This document shows, in pieces, positions 1 to 13,400 of a stretch of DNA of 64,000 nt. The notes under the pieces were generated by a model, which was not told the origin of the DNA, ran no database searches, and saw nothing but the letters and a program-made list of their open reading frames with translations. The DNA is from Nemertoderma westbladi (Eukaryota; Animalia; Xenacoelomorpha), in assembly GCA_032718475.1 (NCBI GenBank), contig JAUCBJ010000001.1:1-64000 (forward strand), given 5' to 3'. The position numbers and the translations under genes are program-made. How positions within the stretch are numbered: the stretch's first letter is position 1; the number at the start of each line of letters is the position of its first letter.

Positions 1-53
1 CCAGCATGTTGAGATTCATCGCGGCTTCAAATATCGTTTCAGCATCCCAGACT
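1..53 (-). CDS. GRIN1: GluN1 coding exon 5 (partial, continues beyond window edge)
   Basis: Acceptor TTTTATTTAG|A completes the GA+A Glu codon from exon 4, then VWDAETIFEAAMNLNML, matching GluN1 EDDAATVYRAAAMLNMT. Confidence 0.9.
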
Positions 54-244
54 CTAAATAAAACATTGTGGATTTATATTACAGTTATTGAATTGTAAAC
101 AATCTATTCTTATATTGGCCTAATATGAGACCCTGAAGGGGGGAGGGGGGGGGGGGGGGGGGTGACTCAACTGGCCTTCAGACAGGGGGTGTGGGATGGT
201 AGTCCGGTCGAGGGTTTGAACAAGAAAACCGGTGAACGTTTTGA

Positions 245-390
245 GTGTACTTTGGCAGCTTCATCGAGAAAATAAGCGTGATGGACAGTCCATGACTTTC
301 TGGAGACGCATCTGGAGGACACTGGCCTTGAATATGCGGATAATCTCGCGAAAGTCATGGGGGATAGGGAGTTGTGGCGGCGCCATTTTG
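245..390 (+). mobile_element. RTE-like non-LTR retrotransposon 3' fragment
   Basis: Homologous to 740-975 (CTTTGGCAGC...CATGACTTTC...GGACACTGGCCTT...GATAGGGAGTTGTGGCGG). Confidence 0.6.
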
Positions 391-679
391 TCCATTTTCC
401 TTGAAGGCTTGACCTCGATGTTGTATATAAACATAAACATGTAAAACCTCGAGTCTTACACTCCAGAAACTAACAAAAAGCATAGAATCAGGACATTAAC
501 GCACAAAATAGTACTCAGCCATGAACAACATATACAACAAGACCCCTGTTAGTCAGTATGTCGTGTGCAACCTTTAATTATCATTTCATGAAGTAGAACA
601 GAATATGCGACATCGCTGCAAGTTATATAATCTAATATGTTTTGTACTGCGTGTGTGTGCTCTACTGTAGCTACATACA

Positions 680-992
680 ATGCCTCCGCTTTGCAGGACA
701 TTGCTTTCGCCGTGAGGACCAGCCAGTGCATAATCTTGTACTTTGGCAGCCTCATGGAGTGAATAAGCATGGTGGACAGCCCATGACTTTCTTGAGACGC
801 ATCTTAAAGGACACTGGCCTTAAAGATGCGGATGATCTAGCAAATGTCATTGATAGTAACAATGTGTTGGCAAGCTGTATTTTTCGAGGTGTTTGTTATT
901 ATACATTATACCCCTACATCCCTTCTTATAATAAAAGCAAATGTCATGGGTGATAGGGAGTTGTGGCGGTGCAATTTTGTTGACAAGCCGGC
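680..992 (+). mobile_element. RTE-like non-LTR retrotransposon 3' fragment
   Basis: Translation LRFAGHCFRREDQPVHNLVLWQPHG...MTFLRRILKDTGL is typical of the RTE-clade ORF C-terminus. An inverted homologue lies at 37781-38000. Confidence 0.7.
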
Positions 993-3084
993 ACAGCATT
1001 CTTAAAATGCAGCTGCAATGCAGCATGCCGATCCTAGTAGTAGTAAGTCTTGATTGGTGTACGGACTGTTCCTACCTGGACATTTCTGACCCATTAACTT
1101 TTAAATAAAAAATAAACAATAAAAATAACAAAAACAAAAACAATAAAAAAAACCTTTTGGGTTGGAATTGTCCTAACTGTGTCTTGATTGTATGTGAACA
1201 GATGTAATTTGCTTCATTTTTGTCCGGTATGAGCTGCTCCTGGTTGATGTTGTAAACCACTTTGAGATATTATCTTAGCTTAAACAAATCAATCAATCAA
1301 ATTTCTCATCCTTGAGGAAGTTTTCGGTTGATGGTTCTGTTTTTACCTTGTAGGCTATCTCTTACAAGTACATCAGTGTCTTACCATGGAATATTATATT
1401 TAAACTTTTCCTGATTAGTGGTTCGAATGCCAAAAATAGGTAACCGGCTGAATTGCTTTTTATCTGGAGTGATAAAAATGCTATATACAGCACTTGTACT
1501 ACACCGGTGTTCTTCAAGGATTGTTTACTAAACATAAAACATATTGTGCTGCTAAGTAATAAGAAACATCGATACAAAGCCGTTGGATTCGCACCAATTA
1601 ATGTGGCCGTAAAATAATTAATAGATAATTACCATAATCATTTAGGATACAAATATGACCAAAATAATAAGCTTGCCCCACGGTTCTATGCAAACCATGT
1701 TGTTTGAACCAATCTGTGTGCAGTGTGCCCTTGAGGACCGCGGTTCACCCATAACGGTTATGTTTAATCAGCCATCACAAAGACAATCTATTGAATTTTA
1801 CTCCAGTAACATATGTCAGCTCGTGACATACAGTACTCACAAATCAATGGCGGAGGCGCCTCAAGTTATAATTCTAACTAGAGGTCAACTCGTCCAAACG
1901 CAATGCAAATACGACACCATACTAGGAGATCGAAAATGCTAAATTAAAAGAAACTAACTAGATACTAGGAAAACTATCAAATAGCGAATTAGCCACATGT
2001 AGTTTCAAGGTGTTTGCTAGGCAAGAGAAATGTATTATTCCGTGTAATACGAATTAACGCACCGCTGCTACAACTATTGTATTAAATTATCGAACTGAGG
2101 GAAACAGTAATATGATTTCTTCCGTGACAACTCAACTACTCCTGCAAAAAAGGTATATGTGTGACGCGAGCCATGCAGGCATGCAAGCAGCTAGTTATCG
2201 CCTAAATTTCCATTTAGTAATTATTATCAACAGGCAGTCATTTATCAACCTACAATAAATAATTTTTTTACTAATTAAACAGAAAAATCACTAGAATATT
2301 TTAGTTTCCACTAAAATATATTAATTTAATTATCTTAATATAATATCCTGATATTTATCCTAATATATATTAATTATCACTAATATATATTAATAATTAT
2401 CACTAAATTTTTTAATACACCGTTTGAGCTTAAGGATCTGAGACTTTCAGATTCATTATATAGCCCAATAATAATTTATTGTGCATTATTACATAATCTA
2501 TTAGCAATTATTAATGTATGAACAGGTATAAAGTCATAAACAATATCCTTAATTGGATTGTTTCTCAATGGTGAATTAAATAAATTGTACCAAATAAGGC
2601 AAAGAAAGGAGTAGGTTGGAAGTTATAATAACCAAAACATTAAACGAAATTCAATAGAAAAGGTTACAGTTATGTTTTTGAAGATAAAAAATGGATTTTA
2701 GCCATAGGCCTAATTTAGTTTAAGTGGAGGAATATATTTTGGTGCAATAAATTTAGCGATTTTTTTAACTTAATGGAAAAGGCAATTTCTTTAATATCAA
2801 ATAAAATTAATGGGTTATTAATACTGTATTATTAACTTTAACCCAGGCAGCACGGATGACCATAATAAAAAAGTAACAATGCGTATTTAGCAATTAATAG
2901 CACAACTGCACCAACAGTGATAGTAATAAAAATAAACAAACAGGAAAGGCGAACAAACTCATTCAATTTATTATAGTAATACGGCGTCAAGACGCCGTGA
3001 AGGAACCGAAGTTAAACCAAACCGAAACTAATCTTTTTACAGGCCATAAGCCGCAAACTTTTTTTTCAGGTTATCAACTCTAAA

Positions 3085-3270
3085 CCAGTTTCGAATCTGA
3101 GCGCCTGGTTACGAATTTGGATTTCCAATTACGAATTTGAATACCTGGTTACAAATCTGTATTTCCGCATTACGAATCAATGTGTTTGGTTAAAAATATG
3201 AGCACCTTGTCACGAATTGATGTCCCTGGTTACAATTTGTTACAAATGGTTGCAAATATGAGCACCCAGT
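3085..3270. repeat. degenerate ~21-bp tandem repeat
   Basis: TTACGAAT/TTACAAAT cores recur about every 21 bp. Confidence 0.55.
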
Positions 3271-4665
3271 ATCAGCCAGCACTACCTATACTAATATTGT
3301 AATTTGCACATGTTCAGCATTTAGAATAAAAAATTGCACCAAGGTAGTGAACAAAGTTAGTTAGCAAACAATTGTAATATTCTCATAATCTGTTCCTAAT
3401 AATTATTAAAGCAGTTAGGGCACCATCTCCTCTCTACATCAAAATTATATCTGATACAAAACACCACTCATAGTATTAATATTGCAAAAACATAATTAAA
3501 CCTCCAAACTCTGATTTTAATTTAACATTGCCACTATTAGTATAGTTTATTAATAGTACCCTACAGTTAACAGTACATATACGGCGAGTTAGAACTGCGA
3601 GTCATCAGTGATCTTAGGTGTAGGTTTCAGTGTGTGTGTCGGAAGCCAATATCAGAATATATAACTAGCCATAGTATAATTATATTTATTCGCTGAGATG
3701 GGTTGCAGTTTCTGCTGCACGAAGGCCTCACTCATGTACACTCTATAACTAAAAAGTCATTCAGGTGTCCAGCTTTTCCCAGGAACCTACTGTAATAGAC
3801 ATTCGCATTCATTGAATCCAGGGCAACAGTTTGTGTTGGATTAAAGGAGCTATCAGCTGGGTAAAATGTTATACAGAGACAGGTACTGTAGATCCCACTC
3901 TGTATTCCCTCTGGTTTGACAGATTAATATAATTAATGTTTGCCAAGCAAGTCATTAACTCACCTCCCTCCCTCTCGGATTTTTAAATACATCAATTATT
4001 ATTATCAGCTGAGTATAGTACCATTAGTAACCAACACTCATCAGAAGCATCCTATGTGTGTAACTAAAATTCATTCCACTGACCCACCACCTAACATAGC
4101 GCAAGAAGTGAGTCAGTCACCTTGTAGATATTCCCTTAGAAAGCACTGGGGAGAGTTATTCAGCTGATGGGATAATAGATTACAAACTAACCAAGTTAAT
4201 GTTTGCTTATAGTCTGGGTTGAAAGAGTGAGTATTTAAATAAAAACTTGGCACAGAAAGTACATCCTTGTTAGTTGGCCCTTTCTCTATTGAATAGAATC
4301 ACTAGGCCCTCTCTATACATTTTTCATGTGCTCCAGCTGGTGTTTTATCATTGCGCCTATGGCGTTTTTCCGTTTATGTATATTTTTCGAACCAACATTC
4401 TATGGACAGACATGGGACCAGCGGGAATCGATAGTGATCATCAAAAACATGCGTCATACAAAATTTTAACGAAATCGTTAGAGCCGTTTTTATGTTATTT
4501 CGCTTCAAAATATTACTATTACTACTATTACTACTATTACATCAAATTCTTATAATTATATTTGAGAAATGCCCTAATTAATAAAATACTAGTATATCTA
4601 ATAATGGTGAAGTAGATTAATTAATTGTAATTTCTTATACCATTCATTACAAGATTAAGCGGCAT

Positions 4666-5047
4666 ACAGTACAGTAGGCCTACATATACGTGTAGATACA
4701 GTACAGTAGGCCTACATATACGGTACATACAGTACAGTAGGCCTACATATACGGTACATACAGTACAGTAGGCCTACATATACGGTACATACAGTACAGT
4801 AGGCCTACATATACGGTACATACAGTACAGTAGGCCTACATATACGTGTAGATACAGTACAGTAGGCCTACATATACGTGTAGATACAGTACAGTAGGCC
4901 TACATATACGTGTAGATACAGTACAGTAGGCCTACATATACGTGTAGATACAGTACAGTAGGCCTACATATACGGTACATACAGTACAGTAGGCCTACAT
5001 ATACGGTACATACAGTACAGTAGGCCTACATATACGTGTAGATACAG
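4666..5047. repeat. 31/32-bp minisatellite, ~12 copies
   Basis: Unit TACAGTACAGTAGGCCTACATATACG followed by GTACA or TGTAGA. Confidence 0.95.
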
Positions 5048-5949
5048 ATTGTAGGAGTTTGCAGGGATATGGGTAAAACGTAAGATACTGCTATCCTTCT
5101 ACGTTCTTGATAAAATGGTCCATTATAGTTCACTTAAATTGTACAACAATCTTTGTTTTCAACAAAACTGATTTGATACTGACTAATGCAGTGTATCCGC
5201 GACAAACAGAATTCGTTAGTAGGCATATAACTCAACCTCATAGAGGCTACAGTTCTTGATATCATAATGATATTCCAACTCTATTTGTGAGCGATATAAT
5301 ATCTAAGCCTATTATGTATATTGGAGATGTAAACGCGTCCCCGGCTGACGTCAGCAGACAACCGACAACAGACAGCCGCCAACCACAATCGACAACAGTT
5401 GCAACCGTTGAGGGAAACGTCCAGGGAAACGCAGGTTATTCTAACCAAAACAATAAACGAGTCAAGAGTGGAGGTTACAGTTCCATTTTTGTTCATAATA
5501 AAGGATTCGGCTGTGGTGAGTCGTTTATCGGTGTAGCATCGTTAATACCAACATTGCTACCCAACGAAAATTATAATGATATCGAATCTCTTCTCTACTC
5601 TATAAAGAGTAACTTCCATTAATATGTGGCTCGCTCCACTTTATATTAAATTCCGATATTTAGCGTATTATTAGTTATAGCAGGACCTTCATCATTACAG
5701 TACACCCACATGGGGCTACATCATTAACTTTATTTATAAAGACTTACAAAATGGTTGATGACGATGAAGCGGAATAAACGGAAATTAATGTTTACCCAGA
5801 AACTGGAAATTAACAAACTGATTAAACAGCTGTAGGCTTACTGATTAAGGAAATTAAAAACACGAGAAAGAAAGGCGTTTAAGGAAAGGTAAATGCTCGG
5901 CGAAGTTAATGGTATATTTCTTGGCATATACTTTATGTAAACAACTGTC

Positions 5950-7110
5950 GGGTGTTCGGACACTTCCCCCCGGACAGTTCCCCCCCGCTCAAGTAGGACA
6001 CTTCCCCCCCGGACACTTCCCCCCGGACACTTCCCCCCCAGACACTTCCCCCCGGACACTCCCCCCCCCGACTGTTCTTAACTTCGCACATTCTTATTTT
6101 TCATTTTGTAAGGTAAACGGACCGCTTGTATCCAGACAAGTTGTATCCAAATTTCCTTTCGTACAGTAGCTCAGAAAGTGATCTTTTGCATCCCGATTTT
6201 ACATTTTATATCCAAGTTTTATTTATGGGTTTTATCAATATTGTTTGCTAATCTTTAAACAATTAATTGACCTATAAATTCCATCCCCCGAATGATATAC
6301 TGTTTTTATTAACTATAGAATTATAATAATTTAATTGTTTTAATTATAGGTATTATTATGTAATAGTCTTCAAATTATACCTCTCCAGGGTAAAATCGAC
6401 ATGCGTCGACCTGTATTCTGTGTTCAGCATTACATATTGATATTACTATACATACTATATTTATAGATATTATACACACTACATATTAAATTTCCTGGTT
6501 ACTTGCAATATTTTTAATAGGATTTTGTTGAATTATATAATATTGTAGTAATTTATATATTAAATTGGTTAACATTCAATACAACTCCTACTTTAGGTTT
6601 AGTCAATTTATTATCTGATGATACAAACATGAATTAATTATTTCAAAATGGTCTTAAGTCTTTCACCACGGGCACTCAGGGAAATGCCGGGGTCTGGGGG
6701 CGATAACCCCCAAGAAAAGAAGCGGGGGTTTGGGGGCGGCAGCCCCCAAGAAAAGAAGCGGGGGTTTGGGGGCGGTAGCCCCCAACAAAAGAAGCCGGGG
6801 TTTGGGGGCGGCAGCCCCCAATTAAAAGAAAAACAAACAAAATTTGACTAGAAAAATGCTTCTTTTATAATTTTGAAAAAACTTGTCGAGATACAACTTG
6901 TCCTGTAACCAGCTTTAACTTTTGTTTATTGCTTTGATGCACCCAGATTAATTTTAACACTTTAACTGGGGGGGAAGTGTCCGGGGGGGAAGTGTCCGGG
7001 GGGGAAGTGTCCGGGGGGGAAGTGTCCGGGGGGGAAGTGTCCTACTTGGGCGGGGGGGAAGTGTCCGGGGGGGGGGGGGGAAGTGTCCGGGGGGGAAGTG
7101 TCCTAGATCC
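5950..7110. mobile_element. foldback-type non-autonomous DNA transposon with arrays of GGACACTTCCCCCCC in its inverted ends
   Basis: 5950-6070 and 6967-7110 are reverse complements, including the shared CAAGTAGGACAC motif. An inner inverted pair GACAAGTTGTATC (~6136)/GATACAACTTGTC (~6890) is also present. No TSD seen. Confidence 0.75.
6686..6821. repeat. 36-bp GC-rich tandem repeat (~4 copies) inside the foldback element
   Basis: Unit GCGGGGGTTTGGGGGCGGCAGCCCCCAAGAAAAGAA, containing a GGGGG...CCCCC hairpin. Confidence 0.9.
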
Positions 7111-8223
7111 AGCCATAGGGGTGGGCAGGGCATACATTGAAGTTGTATGACATGATAATGGCTATAGAACTTTAGCGTAGGGGTGGAAGTGTTATACGCC
7201 ACACGCCTACATCCTACGGCCCATTCACCCACTTCAACCCCCGGTATGGTATTTGCATTCAATAAGTATATTAATCCCGAGGGATCAGAAACATTTCGCA
7301 TATTTCTACAAATTTCATCCAACTAATTTATTTTCATGAAAATACCTGGGCTGGTATTCACGAAGGGGTGCTAAGTTTAGTACCGAACAAAATCCAAAGT
7401 TAGGAGCCAATTATTTAGTACTACCGCAATGTAGCACCGAGTAGGAATGGTACTATACGAAAACCCAGTGCATTAGTTATTTGTTATGACAGAAGGATAA
7501 GTGATGGGGGATAAATAATTAAGCAACAACTGCTGTCTGCCTGTTCCTTCTTTACTGGGGGGGGGGGGCTTCACTTTTCCATGGATATTTCAGGGAGTGA
7601 GTAGTTATATGAAGGAATAATGTCTGGGAGGAATTCACTCTCAGAGCAACAACTAACTGTTGTCAGTTGATGGCAATGTCAAAAACATTCTTCATACATC
7701 TGTTGCCCTGTAGCTATTATTATAACTTTCTACAGGAGATATTACTTCATATCCTTGGAGAGCCTTTGCTCTATTTATTTTGATTTTATTTCATTACTTG
7801 TAGTATTCATAGTGCTCCTTTCCGTTGGAACTATGAATGTGGACGGACATACAGTATTACATATTAGGAGATTCTAAAGATAAAATTCGGAATAAATTGC
7901 AATCGGTGCCCCCATAATGGTAGGTGGTGGGAGCGGGGGACTTTTGGCGCAAGCAAAATTCATCCATCTTCAGGGATAAAAAATAAACAGAAAAATCAGT
8001 TGATTACTCTAAAAAATAAAACTGTCCCTTGTTCAATAGACATTAGTTTATTGTTTTGGTTAGAATTACATGCCACTGTAATCTTCTCATTTCCTTTAAT
8101 TGATATTGAAAATGTTAGATTGAGACGTGAGATATTAATTCGCCGAGATGGGATCTCAGCCCCCCCCCCCCCCCCCCCTGTCTTTGTGAATTTCTACATA
8201 AGGGTACTTAATTAGTTACTTAC

Positions 8224-8324
8224 TCCGCGTAAAGTAGAATCACGCGCCAATCTTGATTGACAATCGGAGCCAGTAGATCCGTTGCTGAATGTAAACCCAC
8301 TTGATAAACATAGTTGGAATCAAT
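8224..8324 (-). CDS. GRIN1: GluN1 coding exon 4 (101 bp)
   Basis: Acceptor TTACAG|ATT, donor GCG GA|GTAAGT (phase 0 in, phase 2 out). IDSNYVYQVGLHSATDLLAPIVNQDWRVILLYA aligns with GluN1 [33 protein letters not shown]. Phases fit both neighbouring exons. Confidence 0.88.
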
Positions 8325-8481
8325 CTGTAACGAAACAATGTCACAGTGAAACCGAAGCGAGCGACGTATCAATGATATATTGTAATCCTGAAAACAGATA
8401 TGGGTGGGTGCGGGTGTTTTTATATTATACTGTATATATATTACTTTATTTATTATGAACAATATTGACAATAATGTTTTA

Positions 8482-8853
8482 CACCGCAGTTATTCTTCAG
8501 CCTTATAGTGATTTGTTGGCACTGTTAGAAAGCTGGCCATGCAAGAATTCCAAATATGTAACACAATCTGAAATCCGCGAAAAAATAGCTGATATATGTA
8601 TGGGCATTCAAAACTTGCATGGTTTTGCACCGGCGCGAGGCTAATTTATTTTATTGCATATATTATTCTGGAACTTTTATCTATGTATGAATAGCTTTGT
8701 AACCGTATGATTAAAGAGGAATTGCATTGTTGCTCAGCTACGTATTTGGATAAACAAAATGGTCCAGAATATGGTGTATTTATTAAATAGTATAAAATAG
8801 TCTAGACTAACAGTACCAACAAATCACTATAAGGTTGAAGAATAACTGCAGTG
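8482..8853. mobile_element. MITE with ~45-bp TIRs and TA target duplication
   Basis: Left end TA|CACCGCAGTTATTCTTCAGCCTTATAGTGATTTGTTGG; right end CCAACAAATCACTATAAGGTTGAAGAATAACTGCAGTG|TA. Related sequence at ~59175-59345. Confidence 0.85.
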
Positions 8854-9104
8854 TAGCTGGTGCAATATCGACAGAGACACCATTTCAGACACTTGTAGAT
8901 AGAGAATGAAAGCAAAAATAAAAATTCTGGCTCACCCAGCAAGGAAGAGGGCGGTCGGTGAAACTATCTTTGTTTCAAATTTCATGTAATCTCATAAGAT
9001 TTGTAGAAAAATATGGGGGTGGGGGGGGGGGGGGGTGGTCCATTAATTTACATAACATGTGGTGGTGTATTTATGGTTTATCTTATTTATGATATTCATG
9101 GAAC

Positions 9105-9878
9105 TCTCTGCAAAATGTCTCGCTGATATCCGCATCTGGATGGCTGAACTTCCTGAAACTAAATACAGACATGACTGAGATCCTCCTGATCCAGTCGACA
9201 TTTCGTGCTCAGGTTAATATGAAATTAATCCATATCGGCAACGACAATGTTGCATGTAGTTCCTCTGCAAAGAATATTGCATTAATTATGGATTCGCATC
9301 TAACCCTTGAAAACCAGATAGGAGTTGGTTGTTAGAGAATCTTTCTTCCATTTGCGTAATTTAGCACGAATCAAACGTTACCTAAGCAAAGATTCACTTG
9401 AGTTATTATTAATTCATTGCTATATTACTAACAAGCTAGATGTAAATTACTCACTTTAAAAAATTCCGCAGCCCGGTTACTGTGCGGTGTCAAGAAATAT
9501 GACCACATTACGCGATCTCCACTGCTTACCGATCTGTCGTGGAATAGAGTTTAAGATTGGGACGATTACCTTCAAATGCCTTCATCATATCTTCACAGGC
9601 AGGAATACCCCAACACAACAACCAATTGAATTATTGATGCCATCACTACGCGGTGCAAATATTTTTTAAAGATTTCAACTCATTTATAGGATTGTTTTTT
9701 TAAACTCATTAATTGTTTTTTAAACTCAATAATTACTTTTTTAGATCGTCTAAGTATTTCTAGAATATTGTTTTATTATGTACATAACAGGAAATCTGCT
9801 TTTTACTTCTGACGCCTTATATATAAGGCGCGATATAAATATAAATATATTATTATTATTAATATTATTATTATTATG
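9105..9878 (+). mobile_element. degenerate L2/CR1-type LINE 3' fragment
   Basis: Frameshifted motifs CLADIRIWM..FLKLNTDMTEILLI, HLRNLARIKRYL and LRDLHCLPICRGIEFKI, followed by a (TAT)n tail at ~9845-9877. Confidence 0.8.
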
Positions 9879-10456
9879 GTTAAAATTCGATTTATAGTAT
9901 TCGTCGGAATGGGGGATACATTCGTATTGGCTTTTTATAATTCTTCAATTTTAAAACACTACTCCGCCGCCAATTTTTCCACGAATTTGTAAGTTTTTGG
10001 TACCAAATAAAAGCATCAATGTTCAAAAGTGTTCAATAATAAAATTCGAGCATATTTTTTTCATTTTGCAATTGTTCATCTGTTTTAACATTTTTTACGA
10101 AATAAACAGTGATGTTTTGAAAATTTGAAATTTGAAATTTTTTAAAAAAGTTAGAAACATTTCTGCTCGAAATTTTTCACGTAATCGACCATGCTGATTC
10201 CAAAAAACAGATTACAACTTCTGAAATAAAGCACAACAAAGGAGTAGCATTTTAAGACAAAAATATATATTTTGGTTCTGGCGTATAAGGGGCGTCAAAT
10301 ACGAATTTTTTTAAAAATATTACAATTCAATAAAGTCCACCCAAAATGTATCAAAATGCACGAGCGCCTAGGCTTAATTAACCAAAGCGAACACTGTCAC
10401 CTTCTTTATTAAGATAACCAATGATTTATAGATCACAAGAGCCTCATAAAATAAAT

Positions 10457-13400
10457 ATTACCTGACCCAGGAATGTACGATTGTGCGAGTTCTTGAGCCT
10501 CAGTAGGTGGCTGACGGACTCAGGAATGTACCAGTGTGTATGAGTTCTTGAGCCTCAGTAGGTGGCTGACGGACTCTGGAATGTACTAGTGTGTATGAGT
10601 TCTTGAGCCTCAGTAGATGGCTGACGGACTCTGCATTACCTGACTCAGGAATGTACGAGTGTGTATGAGTTCTTGAGCCTCAGTAGGTGGCTGACGGACT
10701 CTGGAATGTACCAGTGTGTATGAGTTCTTGAGCCTCAGTAGGTGGCTGACGGACTCTGCATTACCTGACTCAGGAATGTACGAGTGTGTATGAGTTCTTG
10801 AGCCTCAGTAGGTGGCTGACGGACTCTGGAATGTACTAGTGTGTATGAGTTCTTGAGCCTCAGTAGGTGGCTGACGGACTCTGCATTACCTGACTCAGGA
10901 ATGTACGAGTGTGTATGAGTTCTTGAGCCTCAGTAGGTGGCTGACGGACTCAGGAATGTACCAGTGTGTATGAGTTCTTGAGCCTCAGTAGATGGCTGAC
11001 GGACTCTGCATTACCTGACTCAGGAATGTACGAGTGTGTATGAGTTCTTGAGCCTCAGTAGGTGGCTGACGGACTCTGGAATGTACTAGTGTGTATGAGT
11101 TCATGAGCCTCAGTAGATGGCTGACGGACTCTGCATTACCGGACTCAGGAATGTACGAGTGTGTATGAGTTCTTGAGCCTCAGTAGGTGGCTGACGGACT
11201 CAGGAATGTACGAGTGTGTATGAGTTCTTGAGCCTCAGTAGGTGACTGACGGACTCTGGAATGTACCAGTGTGTATGAGTTCTTGAGCCTCAGTAGGTGG
11301 CTGACGGACTCTGCATTACCTGACTCAGGAATGTACGAGTGTGTATGAGTTCTTGAGCCTCAGTAGGTGGCTGACGGTCTCTGCATTACCTGACTCGGAA
11401 TGTACGAGTGTGTATGAGTTCTTGAGCGTTAGTAGGTGGCTGACGGACTCTGCATTACCTGACTCAGGAATGTACCAGTGTGTATGAGTTCTTGAGCCTC
11501 AGTAGGTGGCTGACGGACTCAGGAATGTACCAGTGTGTATGAGTTCTTGAGCCTCAGTAGGTGACTGACGGACTCTGGAATGTACCAGTGTGTATGAGTC
11601 CTTGAGCCTCAGTAAGTGACTGACGGACTCTGGAATGTACCAGTGTATATGAGTCCTTGAGCCTCAGTAGGTGGCTGACGGACTCTGGAATGTACCAGTG
11701 TGTATGAGTTCTTGAGCCACAGTAGGTGGCTGACGGACTCTGCATTACCTGACTCAGGAATGTACGAGTGTGTATGAGTTCTTGAGCCTCAGTAGGTGGC
11801 TGACGGACTCAGGAATGTACCAGTGTGTATGAGTTCTTGAGCCTCAGTAGGTGGCTGACGGACTCAGGAATGTACCAGTGTGTATGAGTTCTTGAGCCTC
11901 AGTAGGTGACTGACGGACTCTGGAATGTACCAGTGTGTATGAGTCCTTGAGCCTCAGTAAGTGACTGACGGACTCTGGAATGTACCAGTGTATATGAGTC
12001 CTTGAGCCTCAGTAGGTGGCTGACGGACTCTGGAATGTACCAGTGTGTATGAGTTCTTGAGCCACAGTAGGTGGCTGACGGACTCTGCATTACCTGACTC
12101 AGGAATGTACGAGTGTGTATGAGTTCTTGAGCGTCAGTAGGTCGCTGACGGACTCTGCATTACCTGACTCAGGAATGTACGAGTGTGTATGAGTTCTTGA
12201 GCCTCAGTAGGTGGCTGACGGACTCAGGAATGTACGATTGTGCGAGTTCTTGAGCCTCAGTAGGTGGCTGACGGACTCAGGAATGTACGAGTGTGTATGA
12301 GTTCTTGAGCCTCAGTAGGTGACTGACGGACTCTGGAATGTACCAGTGTGTATGAGTTCTTGGCCTCAGTAGGTGGCTGACGGACTCTGCATTACCTGAC
12401 TCAGGAATGTACGAGTGTGTATGAGTTCTTGAGCCTCAGTAGGTGGCTGACGGTCTCTGCATTACCTGACTCAGGAATGTACGAATGTGTATGAGTTCTT
12501 GAGCGTTAGTAGGTGGCTGACGGACTCTGCATTACCTGACTCAGGAATGTACCAGTGTGTATGAGTTCTTGAGCCTCAGTAGGTGACTGACGGACTCTGG
12601 AATGTACCAGTGTATATGAGTCCTTGAGCCTCAGTAAGTGACTGACGGACTCTGGAATGTACCAGTGTATATGAGTCCTTGAGCCTCAGAAGGTGGCTGA
12701 CGGACTCTGGAATGTACCAGTGTGTATGAGTTCTTGTCCTCAGTAGGTGGCTGACGGACTCTGCATTACCTGACTCAGGAATGTACGAGTGTGTATGAGT
12801 TCTTGAGCCTCAGTTGGTGGCTGACGGACTCTGCATTACCTGACTCAGGAATGTACGAGTGTGTATGAGTTCTTGAGCCTCAGTAGGTGGCTGATGGACT
12901 CTGGAATGTACCAGTGTGTATGAGTCCTTGAGCCTCAGTAGGTGGCTCATGGACTCTGGAATGTACGATTGTGCGAGTTCTTGAGCCTCAGTAGGTGGCT
13001 GACGGACTCAGGAATGTACGAGTGTGTATGAGTTCTTGAGCCTCAGTAGGTGGCTGACGGTCTCTGCATTACCTGGCTCAGGAATGTACGAGTGTGTATG
13101 AGTTCTTGAGCCTCAGTAGGTGGCTGATGGACTCTGGAATGTACCAGTGTGTATGAGTCCTTGAGCCTCAGTAGGTGGCTGATGGACTCTGGAATGTACG
13201 ATTGTGCGAGTTCTTGAGCCTCAGTAGGTGGCTGACGGACTCAGGAATGTACCAGTGTGTATGAGTTCTTGAGCGTTAGTAGGTGGCTGACGGACTCTGC
13301 ATTACCTGATTCAGGAATGTACGAGTGTGTATGAGTTCTTGAGCCTCAGTAGGTGGCTGATGGACTCTGGAATGTACCAGTGTGTATGAGTCCTTGAGCC

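Noticed and set aside
5838-7322. Pro/Gly-rich ORFs (RTLPP, GGKCP and KKRGFGGGSPQ repeats)
   Set aside because: They are translations of transposon subterminal and internal repeats.
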